IMG/VR virus record: IMGVR_UViG_3300042691_016420
Location: 1 to 64,000 of that record
Length of the DNA: 64,000 nt
Origin: a virus
Direction: 5' to 3' (one strand)
Shown here: positions 1 through 7,794 of the stretch, piece after piece
How positions within the stretch are numbered: the stretch's first letter is position 1
Layout of the letters: the number at the start of each line of letters is the position of its first letter
Made by a program: the position numbers and the translations under genes
The notes under the pieces: generated by a model
Seen by the model: only the letters and a program-made list of their open reading frames with translations
What the model was told of the DNA's origin: nothing
The model's database searches: none

Positions 1-2
1 CT

Positions 3-254
3 AGGAATCCATATGCAGATGCAGATGTAGTACTTGCTACTATGTCAGCTTTTAAGATGGATATGCCTACTTGTCTTGGATATGATATTAATAAGCTAAA
101 AGATAGCTTTATTATGTTGAAGGTAATTAAGAACAGACTTGGGAGAGACAATATTGCTGTTGGTTTATTAGCCAACCCCAAAGCAGGTAGCTTCTCAGAG
201 CTACCACCTGCAAAATCTGAGGATATGCAAATAGTTTATGATTCTTTAAATTAA
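3..254 (+). CDS. dnaB: Replicative DnaB-like helicase, C-terminal fragment (runs off window start)
   Basis: Frame open from nt 3 (RNPYADADVVLATM...); ADADVVL and VIKNRLG resemble DnaB motifs H3/H4; replication context. Confidence 0.7.
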   Translation, partial: RNPYADADVVLATMSAFKMDMPTCLGYDINKLKDSFIMLKVIKNRLGRDNIAVGLLANPKAGSFSELPPAKSEDMQIVYDSLN

Positions 255-258
255 AAAG

Positions 259-570
259 ATGGAACTTCCAACAAGTAAAACAAAGGCCACTCTAACAGAT
301 CCTGGTAAGTTGATTATCTATAGCAAGCCTAAGACAGGTAAAACCAGTCTTCTTGCAGAATTGGATAACAATCTTATCATAGATTTAGAGAATGGCACTC
401 AATATTATGATGCACTTAAGGTTAGTATTAACTCTGTGCAAGAATTAATGGACCTTATTAAAGCTATCATAGCTGCTGGTAGGCCATATAAGTATATCAC
501 TCTAGATACTCTAACCAAGTTGGAAGATTTAGCATTGCCTTATGCCTTAACTCTTTATAAAAACACGCCT
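259..570 (+). CDS. AAA-family (Sak4/AAA_24-like) ATPase, exon 1
   Basis: Walker A-like YSKPKTGKT, IIDLENG, Walker B-like ITLDTLT; frame interrupted after ...LYKNTP by group I intron. Confidence 0.8.
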
Positions 571-635
571 AGACAAACATGGGCCTTATAATAGTGATAT
601 TATAAGCAAATTCCTTTAATTTCTGGGACATCCTT

Positions 636-645
636 CGTATATTTG
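636..645 (+). promoter_or_regulatory. Putative promoter of the intron endonuclease (CGTATATTTG)
   Basis: Contains Bacteroidota -7 consensus TAnnTTTG and the CGTAWAW motif; lies in P5 hairpin just before ATG 649. Confidence 0.5.
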
Positions 646-648
646 TAT

Positions 649-1278
649 ATGGAAGGACAATCAGAAGCTAAGGTTTTGACTGACAAGCAATTAAAGTATC
701 TTGGAAAAACATTTGGTGCTATTACTGTAGTAGATTTACATGAAGTTAAAAAATACCGTGCCTATTTTAAAGGTATTTGCAATAGATGTAATTCTGAAAC
801 AGTAGTAAGAGCTGACCATTTGTTAAATAACCCAAAATCTTGTACAAATTGTGTGGATGATTTGCAAAAAGAAATTGCTCATGCAAAATATCCACCACAT
901 TTAACAAAGTATAATTCTAAATTATACATGTATAAATTAAATGCAAAACTTTCAGAAAGAGTTTTTGAACTTACTAAAGATGAGTTTACAAACATACTTA
1001 AGTCAGATTGTATTTATTGTGGAAAACAAGAAGCTTTTGGAGTTGATAGAATAGATAATTTAAAAGGTTATACATTAGAAAATTCTGTACCTTGTTGTAG
1101 AATGTGCAATCAAATGAAACATATTTTTCATAAAGATGCATTTTTAAAACAAGTAGAATTAATATATAACCATCAGTTAAAACAAAGTTCAACGACTATC
1201 TCGAAAGAGAGTACATCACAAGCTAATGGTGATGGAAAAGGGGAAAATCTTGTTATTCAAGATTGTGATATAGTCTAA
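649..1278 (+). CDS. Intron-encoded HNH homing endonuclease
   Basis: CxxC pairs, CIYCG...GVDRIDNLKGYTLENSVPCCRMCNQMK HNH-type signature; 3' end overlaps intron core; ATG 649 preferred to TTG 643. Confidence 0.85.
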   Translation: MEGQSEAKVLTDKQLKYLGKTFGAITVVDLHEVKKYRAYFKGICNRCNSETVVRADHLLNNPKSCTNCVDDLQKEIAHAKYPPHLTKYNSKLYMYKLNAKLSERVFELTKDEFTNILKSDCIYCGKQEAFGVDRIDNLKGYTLENSVPCCRMCNQMKHIFHKDAFLKQVELIYNHQLKQSSTTISKESTSQANGDGKGENLVIQDCDIV

Positions 1279-1348
1279 TCTGCATAGTAATATGCAGCAG
1301 TTCATAAGAGAACGTGGTAAACAGTTGCGTGTTTACTAGAATGTAATG

Positions 1349-1759
1349 ATGGGCAAGTCTTATACAGGAACTAATGTGCTAGATCTTCCTAATGGTGCAG
1401 GTTACAAATATCTGAGAGATGCCATGACAAACCTACTGAATGCCATTTATAAGTGCGCAGATAGGGTAATTCTTCTTGGTCACCTAAAGACCACTAACAT
1501 AGAGAAGAATGGCAAAGAAGTATCTGCCAGAGAGTTAGATCTCACTGGCAAAATTAAGAGTATGGTCTCTGCTGATGTAGATGCAATTGGTTTGCTATAC
1601 AGAGGTGAAGACAACAAGAATATTTTGTCCTTTAAGACTACAGATGATGTTATCTGTGGTGCTAGGCCAACCCATCTTAAGGATCAAGAGATAGTTATCT
1701 CTGAGCTGGTAGATGGAAAATTTATTACCCATTGGGATAAAATTTATAATCAAAAGTAA
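1349..1759 (+). CDS. AAA-family ATPase, exon 2
   Basis: MGKSYTGTNVLDLPNGAGY...VILLGH...DLTGK...DAIG continues the ATPase fold of exon 1. Confidence 0.8.
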   Translation: MGKSYTGTNVLDLPNGAGYKYLRDAMTNLLNAIYKCADRVILLGHLKTTNIEKNGKEVSARELDLTGKIKSMVSADVDAIGLLYRGEDNKNILSFKTTDDVICGARPTHLKDQEIVISELVDGKFITHWDKIYNQK

Positions 1760-1771
1760 AATTAAAAACTT

Positions 1772-2209
1772 ATGTTTCAAGTAATTGCAACTACAACCAG
1801 AAAGTCTAGGAAGACTCAGAGCTGGGACCTTCGTGCTAAGAATGAGAGATTAGAGTTCTCTCAAACATTCTTTAGCCTAAATGAGTTACAGAACAATGAA
1901 CTTACCTTTGGTAAGAGCAATGATACTTATCTGCTTCTTATCTCCCCAAATGGTCAGTTCTATAAGAAGACTAAGAGAGGTGAGAATAAGAGTAGAACAT
2001 TCTCTAATCCTACTCTCTATCAGTATCTTATCTCTTTAGGATCTCTCTTCAAACTGGAAATATTCCAGAAAGATGAGACAGGTACTTATTGTAAATTTGT
2101 GGCTATTGAGCCAGAAGACGATGAGGAAGCTGTAGAAACTTCTGAAGAAGTAACAGTAGATGCTCCTATTGAAGATAGGAGAGATAATTTCCACAACTAT
2201 ATTCATTAA
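1772..2209 (+). CDS. Hypothetical protein with acidic C-terminal region
   Basis: 145-aa ORF, operonic spacing. Confidence 0.6.
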   Translation: MFQVIATTTRKSRKTQSWDLRAKNERLEFSQTFFSLNELQNNELTFGKSNDTYLLLISPNGQFYKKTKRGENKSRTFSNPTLYQYLISLGSLFKLEIFQKDETGTYCKFVAIEPEDDEEAVETSEEVTVDAPIEDRRDNFHNYIH

Positions 2210-2236
2210 TCTTAAAACTAAAAACTCATAAATAAT

Positions 2237-2824
2237 ATGTTTAATACTAATAGTGTAAAAGCCCCAGCTGCTTCAGTTAAACCAGGTATCAATGTTAATG
2301 TTCCTGTAGAAGCTATTTTTGAACCTCTTAGAAAAGATGGTTCTGGTGATCCCGTCCTCTGTGTTAGAATCTCTGATACTAACATTAAGAAGATTATGTG
2401 GGAGCCAAAGCAACTTGGTAATAGCCAAGGCAGAGCTTGTCCTTTCAACTTTGAGTTCAATGGAATTAAAGGTCAGAAGGGTGTAGAGATGTCTGATGAG
2501 GTAGCTAATGCCCTAGAAATGATGGGCTTTATCAGGGATACCAAGACTGTCTTGACAGCAGTAGTAGGTGATGTTACTGTAGAAGGTAAAACTTATGCAG
2601 AGTTTGCTAAAAACTTTGTAGCTGCAGTAAACAATGACAAAACTGCTGATGTTAAGTTAGTCTATGGTAGAAGTGGATATCTTGAGTTTGCAAGTAAGGG
2701 TTATATTGCTGCTCCTAATAGCAACAAACTTATCCTTACTCCTGCTGATGTTATTGTAAAGCCAGAAGTTAATGCTGACTTTACTAGCATGCCAGCTTCT
2801 GTAGATCAAGAACTCCCCTTCTAA
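2237..2824 (+). CDS. Putative single-stranded DNA-binding protein
   Basis: C-terminal acidic DQELPF tail typical of SSBs; between ATPase and primase. Confidence 0.55.
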   Translation: MFNTNSVKAPAASVKPGINVNVPVEAIFEPLRKDGSGDPVLCVRISDTNIKKIMWEPKQLGNSQGRACPFNFEFNGIKGQKGVEMSDEVANALEMMGFIRDTKTVLTAVVGDVTVEGKTYAEFAKNFVAAVNNDKTADVKLVYGRSGYLEFASKGYIAAPNSNKLILTPADVIVKPEVNADFTSMPASVDQELPF

Positions 2825-2828
2825 ATAA

Positions 2829-3836
2829 ATGTATGTCTCTAATTTAAGTAGGGACTACATTTATAAAACCTTCTCACAGGAAGCCATCTTTGAAGCTTAT
2901 GGTATTCCAGTAGTCAGAGGTAACTTTGTAAGTCCCTTGAGGAGAGATAGGTCTCCAACATGTGCATTTCAATATTATGGTAATATCCTGCGCTATTATG
3001 ATAATAGACCAGGAGAATTCTGTGGTGATGCAGTAGCTATGGTTATGCATCTAAAACATCTTACCTACCAAGAAGCACTGTTGGATATCTATAAGACTAT
3101 GAAGAACTTAATACCATTATCTAAGGATTCTAACTTAAAAACAGAATTGGATGACACCTCTTCCTTAGGTAATGACTCTCTAAATGAATGTATAACAAGG
3201 AAAAGTATACGTAAATTTGATTTGGTAAAAAAAGAGAGTACTGAGATTAAAGTTAAATTCAAAGAGTTCTCTAACAAGGAACTAGAATACTGGAAACAAT
3301 ATGGAATAAGTTTAGAGACTTTACAGAGATTCAATATCCACTCATGCAGCCATTTATATCTTAAAACTAAAAGTGGAGACTTTGAAAACTGTGTGAGAGG
3401 CAGTGAGATGTGCTTTTTGTACATCTTTGCTGATAACTCTGTAAAGGCATACTTTCCTGAGAGAAAAGAATATAGGTTTCTATCTAATAGTAGATGGATA
3501 CAAGGCTTGGAATATTTAGATGATCCTAAACTCTTGATCATAACCAAGAGTTATAAGGATGTAGTATGTTTATCATTATTTGGTATACAAGCTGTTGCTA
3601 TGCAGGGGGAGAGTGTTCTCCCTCCAGCATGGCTTGTAAATAAGTACAATTGTGTGTATCTTGCAGACAATGATGCTCCTGGTAAGAGAGCTGCTGTACT
3701 TATAAGAAGAAAGTATAATATTCCAATAGCATTATTCCCTAAAGAATACAGAGAAATGGGGATTAAAGATTTCTCTGATGCCTATAAAATCCTCGGGCAT
3801 GAATATATGGAGGATTTATTAAATACAATTTTATAA
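2829..3836 (+). CDS. dnaG: DNA primase (Toprim)
   Basis: SPLRRDRSPTC N-terminal domain, IITKSYKDV, LADNDAPG Toprim DxD, KDFSD. Confidence 0.85.
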   Translation: MYVSNLSRDYIYKTFSQEAIFEAYGIPVVRGNFVSPLRRDRSPTCAFQYYGNILRYYDNRPGEFCGDAVAMVMHLKHLTYQEALLDIYKTMKNLIPLSKDSNLKTELDDTSSLGNDSLNECITRKSIRKFDLVKKESTEIKVKFKEFSNKELEYWKQYGISLETLQRFNIHSCSHLYLKTKSGDFENCVRGSEMCFLYIFADNSVKAYFPERKEYRFLSNSRWIQGLEYLDDPKLLIITKSYKDVVCLSLFGIQAVAMQGESVLPPAWLVNKYNCVYLADNDAPGKRAAVLIRRKYNIPIALFPKEYREMGIKDFSDAYKILGHEYMEDLLNTIL

Positions 3837-3840
3837 AGTT

Positions 3841-4416
3841 ATGCGTAAAGTAACTGTTGTAACAACAAATAACTCTCAAGTTAATCAATTTGAGGTTGAA
3901 GCTGGAGTAAGCACCTTCTCTCAGCTAGTATCTGCTCTTCCTGCTGTTGATTTCTCTAACAAGACTGTCACTGTAGGTAAAGCTCTCTATTCTCTGGAGC
4001 ATCCTGATGCTGTTCTTCCAGAGGGTAACTTAAAAGTCTTCATCTCTCCTAAAGATATGAAGGCTGCTCTACCTGCTGAGTATTATGATCTTAGAGCTAA
4101 GCTCAAAGATTTCAGATATGATGCTGTAGAGAATGATGATGATGAGGTATTAGACATCATTGGTAATTATACTCATGACAGTGTTAATGTTATGAAGGCT
4201 AAAGTTGCTGATGTTGAAGCTCTTCTTGCTGATAGAGAAGAAGATGAGGAAGAATTGGTGGTAGAAACACCTCAACCTATTTCATGGGTAAACCTCTCCT
4301 CTACTGAGGATAGACTCTTTGAAATTGAGTGGCAGCTTGGCATTAGGAATGCTACTAATGCTCAACGCTTTAATCAAAGGGCTCTAGAGGAAGCTAAAAA
4401 TGCTACCAAGAAGTAA
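3841..4416 (+). CDS. Ubiquitin-like (beta-grasp) precursor with acidic C-terminal extension
   Basis: N-terminal ~76 aa with Ubl-like pattern (RKVTVVT...TFSQLVSAL...SLEHPDAVLPEGNLKVFISPKDMKAA); first gene before E2/JAB/E1. Confidence 0.6.
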   Translation: MRKVTVVTTNNSQVNQFEVEAGVSTFSQLVSALPAVDFSNKTVTVGKALYSLEHPDAVLPEGNLKVFISPKDMKAALPAEYYDLRAKLKDFRYDAVENDDDEVLDIIGNYTHDSVNVMKAKVADVEALLADREEDEEELVVETPQPISWVNLSSTEDRLFEIEWQLGIRNATNAQRFNQRALEEAKNATKK

Positions 4417-5548
4417 GAAGCATGCGGAGATTATGGGGTTTCTTAGGAGACCCCAACTTCTCCAACCTAAGTTTAGCTTAGATACTGATTTACAGGAATA
4501 TAAGAAATCTATTAAGAGACATAAGCTCTATGAATTTGTAGCTCAATATTATAGTTATAATGGTATAATTAAAGAGATACATTCTAATAGACATGATAAT
4601 TTCTTTTTAGATATACATAATGCTGTTAAGCATAGTGGTTATACTAATAGTACTCATGTAAAGATTCTTAAGATGTATAACATTCTTAAGCAATCTGAGA
4701 TGTATGATGAGAGTGTTTGCAAGATGGGTCTTGTAAGTGTTAATGCTCATGAGCAATATCTTGGTATACATTTCCCTGTAATATTTTTACAAGAGGTTAA
4801 TAGTAATAGAGAACCTATTGAGATTAGAGATATTTATTTCTATATAACTAATTCTTCTTTACATGTATTTAGAACTACATTAGATGTTGTTAATAAGGAT
4901 TTTATACATCCTCATGTTAGTGGCAACTTTGGTAGTTTTTGTACAGGTGATTCTCCACTAAAGATGTCTTTGAATAATTTGCATTATAATATAGATTCTA
5001 TTACTCAAGATGATGCTGATATTTTCTGGGTAAACTTGTATAGAACTATTACTCAGAAGACAGAGGTAGGTGATCATTATTATGCCTTAAGTAGATTAAA
5101 TCAAGGTATTACACTTGCTTACACAGAATTCTTAGATAGAGTTTATAATGATGAGGAGTTTCTAAGTAAAGTTACTAACTATATCTCTGTAACAATGTCT
5201 AATGAGGCTATAGAAGTAAGCTTTGATAAAGATGCTCTAAAGAAAGATTTCTTTCAACTTTTCTCTACAGAATCTTCTGAGCAGGCAAAAGAAGAAGCAC
5301 CTCTTGAGAGAGCTGTAACCTTTAATAATATTGCTCTTAAGAAGAAGAAATTTATTCCTCTTTATAAGAGACCAAGAACTATGATTAAGAATGTAGACCA
5401 ACTCCTAGATCAACTTCTAATGGATTGTGTCCCAACTTCATTTATTAATAATGTTTATGATGATTATAAAAAAACAACTGAAGAATCCAATAACTCTGGA
5501 GAACAGAGTACTGGACAAAATCAAGTATTTGAATTCCAGATGCTCTAA
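4400..5548 (+). CDS. Prokaryotic E2-like (UBC-fold) conjugating enzyme
   Basis: HPHVSGNFGSFCTG (His at 4907, Cys at 4940) matches the E2 HP(N/H)...C active-site signature; start uncertain (4400 or 4433). Confidence 0.7.
   Translation: MLPRSKKHAEIMGFLRRPQLLQPKFSLDTDLQEYKKSIKRHKLYEFVAQYYSYNGIIKEIHSNRHDNFFLDIHNAVKHSGYTNSTHVKILKMYNILKQSEMYDESVCKMGLVSVNAHEQYLGIHFPVIFLQEVNSNREPIEIRDIYFYITNSSLHVFRTTLDVVNKDFIHPHVSGNFGSFCTGDSPLKMSLNNLHYNIDSITQDDADIFWVNLYRTITQKTEVGDHYYALSRLNQGITLAYTEFLDRVYNDEEFLSKVTNYISVTMSNEAIEVSFDKDALKKDFFQLFSTESSEQAKEEAPLERAVTFNNIALKKKKFIPLYKRPRTMIKNVDQLLDQLLMDCVPTSFINNVYDDYKKTTEESNNSGEQSTGQNQVFEFQML
4426..4463 (+). promoter_or_regulatory. GC-rich hairpin just after the Ubl stop codon
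   Basis: GGGGTTTC-TTAG-GAGACCCC core (4435-4454) with outer GGAG/CTCC pairing. Confidence 0.5.
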
Positions 5549-6527
5549 TATAGAGTGGAGTGGTGTTGGTGTAATGAAAGTAGAAGGAGATCTGCATGAT
5601 GATAGTCTAAAACTACATGTAATAGATTTGCTCCTTAAAGATGTAGGTACTGCCGGTTATACAGAATATGACTGGGGTACAACCTTAGCTGAGTATTTTG
5701 AGGAGAATGAGGATAAGTGGCCTGTAATGTTCTTCAGTATCCACTCTCATCACAATATGGGTGTCACACCATCTGGTGTAGATGATAAGCACTTATATGA
5801 TAATATAAGTAACTTCCCCTTCCATCTCTCTGTTATTGTCAATAACAAGTTAGACTTTAATGCTAGAATTGCTACTGATATGGTAATTGAGAGTGTCTCT
5901 GTTAGAGGCATGGACAGTGCCTACTTTAGTAAGCAAGTAAATGATGGAAGAATTATTGTAGAGTATTCTTTACCTGTAAATATCTCTAGTGCTGATAATG
6001 ATGAGTTTAAGGATGAATTTGATAGGGTTGTAGAGAACAAAAAGTTACTTGAGGAAGCTAAGAAACCTACTTATGGCATGCCTACTAAAAGAAATGGAGG
6101 TCTTCAACAATCCATTCCTTTTGTAAGTCCTAAAACTCAGTTTGGTATTACTCAATATACTCTTGGTACTCTTAACTATAAGTTTACTACTCTTAAGGAA
6201 GTACTAGCAGAACTTAAAACAGATGACCATGTAGATGTCTACCTTGATCAAGTAGAAAAGATTTGCATGGATGCTGTTGATGAGGGTAAGATTAAACAGG
6301 TACAAAGTTCTCTCTATCAGTTGATGACTACATTTGAAGATATTGCTCCTCACCATAAACTAATTAATAGTCTTGTTTATGGATTAGCTGCAATCCATTC
6401 TCTTGTAGAAACTGCAGATATGGAAGATGATTTTAAAGATGTTCCTTTTGGTAATAAAAAAGATAAGGATATCTCTAGAATGACTGATAAAGAGTGGAAT
6501 GAATATATCTCTGATAGAAGATACTAA
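5451..6527 (+). CDS. JAB/JAMM (MPN+) metallo-isopeptidase
   Basis: EWSG and HSHHNMGVTPSGVD (E...HxH-x7-S-x2-D); start probably ATG 5451-5460 rather than GTG 5427. Confidence 0.85.
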   Translation: MFMMIIKKQLKNPITLENRVLDKIKYLNSRCSNIEWSGVGVMKVEGDLHDDSLKLHVIDLLLKDVGTAGYTEYDWGTTLAEYFEENEDKWPVMFFSIHSHHNMGVTPSGVDDKHLYDNISNFPFHLSVIVNNKLDFNARIATDMVIESVSVRGMDSAYFSKQVNDGRIIVEYSLPVNISSADNDEFKDEFDRVVENKKLLEEAKKPTYGMPTKRNGGLQQSIPFVSPKTQFGITQYTLGTLNYKFTTLKEVLAELKTDDHVDVYLDQVEKICMDAVDEGKIKQVQSSLYQLMTTFEDIAPHHKLINSLVYGLAAIHSLVETADMEDDFKDVPFGNKKDKDISRMTDKEWNEYISDRRY

Positions 6528-6532
6528 GAACT

Positions 6533-7213
6533 ATGAGTAGATATAATCGCTTAGAATATAGTAGATTCTCAGCAGCACCATTTGTAACAAAAAAACCCCT
6601 AGAAATTACTCTAGGGGGTTTAGGTGGTGTTGGTGCTTATGTAGCTTTCTTCTTATCCAGACTTAGACATGAGTTATTCTGTTATGAGATGGATACTGTA
6701 GAAGATGTAAATCTAGATTGTCAGTTCTTTAAGTATGAAGACTTAGGTAAACCCAAAGCTTCAGCAGTTTCTGATATGATTAGACAATACTCTAATGGTT
6801 ATCTTGACCATCTTGGCAAATATGAGGAAGGTTGTGATGTAACTCCTTATTGCTTTGCTATGTTTGACAATATGGAGGCTAGGAAACTTATGTTTGAGGA
6901 ATGGTGTAATAATAAAGATAGTCAAATCTTTATAGATACCAGACTTCAAGCAGAGGAATTCCAGATCTTCTGTGTACACAAAGAAAAGCACATTCAGATG
7001 TATCTAGATTCCTTGAGAAATGATGATGAGATACCTGATTTACCTTGTAGTTATAAGCAAACAGGTCACTATGCAGCTATGGTAGCAACTCAAGCTGTAG
7101 CACTATTCTGTAATTATCTTGCTAATCAAAAACATCTTGCTGATATTGGTGAGGAAATTAGAGAAGTTCCATTCTTTACAACTTTTAATGGTTTAACATG
7201 GCAGCAACAATAG
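6533..7213 (+). CDS. E1/ThiF-family adenylating (activating) enzyme
   Basis: GGLGGVG nucleotide loop, DTVEDVNL..Q, GKPKA, FDNMEAR, IDTR, candidate catalytic Cys in LPCS (7046). Confidence 0.9.
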   Translation: MSRYNRLEYSRFSAAPFVTKKPLEITLGGLGGVGAYVAFFLSRLRHELFCYEMDTVEDVNLDCQFFKYEDLGKPKASAVSDMIRQYSNGYLDHLGKYEEGCDVTPYCFAMFDNMEARKLMFEEWCNNKDSQIFIDTRLQAEEFQIFCVHKEKHIQMYLDSLRNDDEIPDLPCSYKQTGHYAAMVATQAVALFCNYLANQKHLADIGEEIREVPFFTTFNGLTWQQQ

Positions 7214-7788
7214 CAGAGATTAGAGAGAAACTTAATAGGTATTCTGATAGTAATTCTAAGGTGCCTCATGTTTTTAGTCCTTATCAGAATTCTCATTATT
7301 GTAACTTTGAACCATTCTCTCAGAAGAAAACTAAGAATTCTCTTGAGGATATATTTATCAAGTTAATGAGGCAATATAAGAGTACTCATAATAGAAAGTA
7401 TCTTCAATCTTTCTTTCCATATTATGTATTCTTAGATTCTATCTTTGATATAGATGGTAAAATTGTACTTAAGATACATAAAGAAAGACCTCCTAATACT
7501 AATTATAATACCAGATATGTATTAGAAGTTACAAGAGATTTCTATGATAAATATTCTAATCAATTAATTAACTTTCTTCCTGCAATTGGAGGTGCTAATA
7601 TGAATGTTGATTATAGACCTAGGGTAGTTATTCATGATGGTATTGATGATATATTTTTCTTATACAATAAGGAATATACCTTCAAGAATATTGCTCAGAG
7701 AAAGGAGTTTAAGGAAATTCTTCTTAATAAAATAAATGGTAAATTTATTTATAAAAAAGAAGTACATTTGCAAGGGCTTCCTTTCTAG
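7198..7788 (+). CDS. Hypothetical protein overlapping E1, ends in LPF
   Basis: 16-nt overlap with E1 gene; 196 aa. Confidence 0.6.
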   Translation: MAATIAEIREKLNRYSDSNSKVPHVFSPYQNSHYCNFEPFSQKKTKNSLEDIFIKLMRQYKSTHNRKYLQSFFPYYVFLDSIFDIDGKIVLKIHKERPPNTNYNTRYVLEVTRDFYDKYSNQLINFLPAIGGANMNVDYRPRVVIHDGIDDIFFLYNKEYTFKNIAQRKEFKEILLNKINGKFIYKKEVHLQGLPF

Positions 7789-7794
7789 AACAAC

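Larger units (their letters stand above)
571..1348 (+). mobile_element. Group I self-splicing intron (IA2-like) with homing endonuclease in L6a
   Basis: U570 wobble-paired in P1 (GCCU 567-570/GGGC 581-584); P2 hairpin CTTATAATA-GTGA-TATTATAAG 585-606; Q-like AATCAGAAGC ~659-668; P6a 673-683/1173-1183 closing the ORF loop; R GTTCAACGACTA 1187-1198; P7.1/P7.2 hairpins; S GATATAGTC 1267-1275; P9 CTGCATA-GTAA-TATGCAG 1280-1297; terminal G1348; splicing restores frame KNTP|MGKSY. Confidence 0.9.

Noticed and set aside
259-1759. ATPase as two genes, a pseudogene or an intein-split gene
   Set aside because: In-frame stop and clear group I RNA elements; splicing restores the frame, and there are no intein terminal residues
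6533-7213. ThiF/MoeB role in thiamine or molybdopterin synthesis
   Set aside because: No ThiS/ThiG/MoaD/MoaE genes nearby; flanked by E2- and JAB-like genes instead
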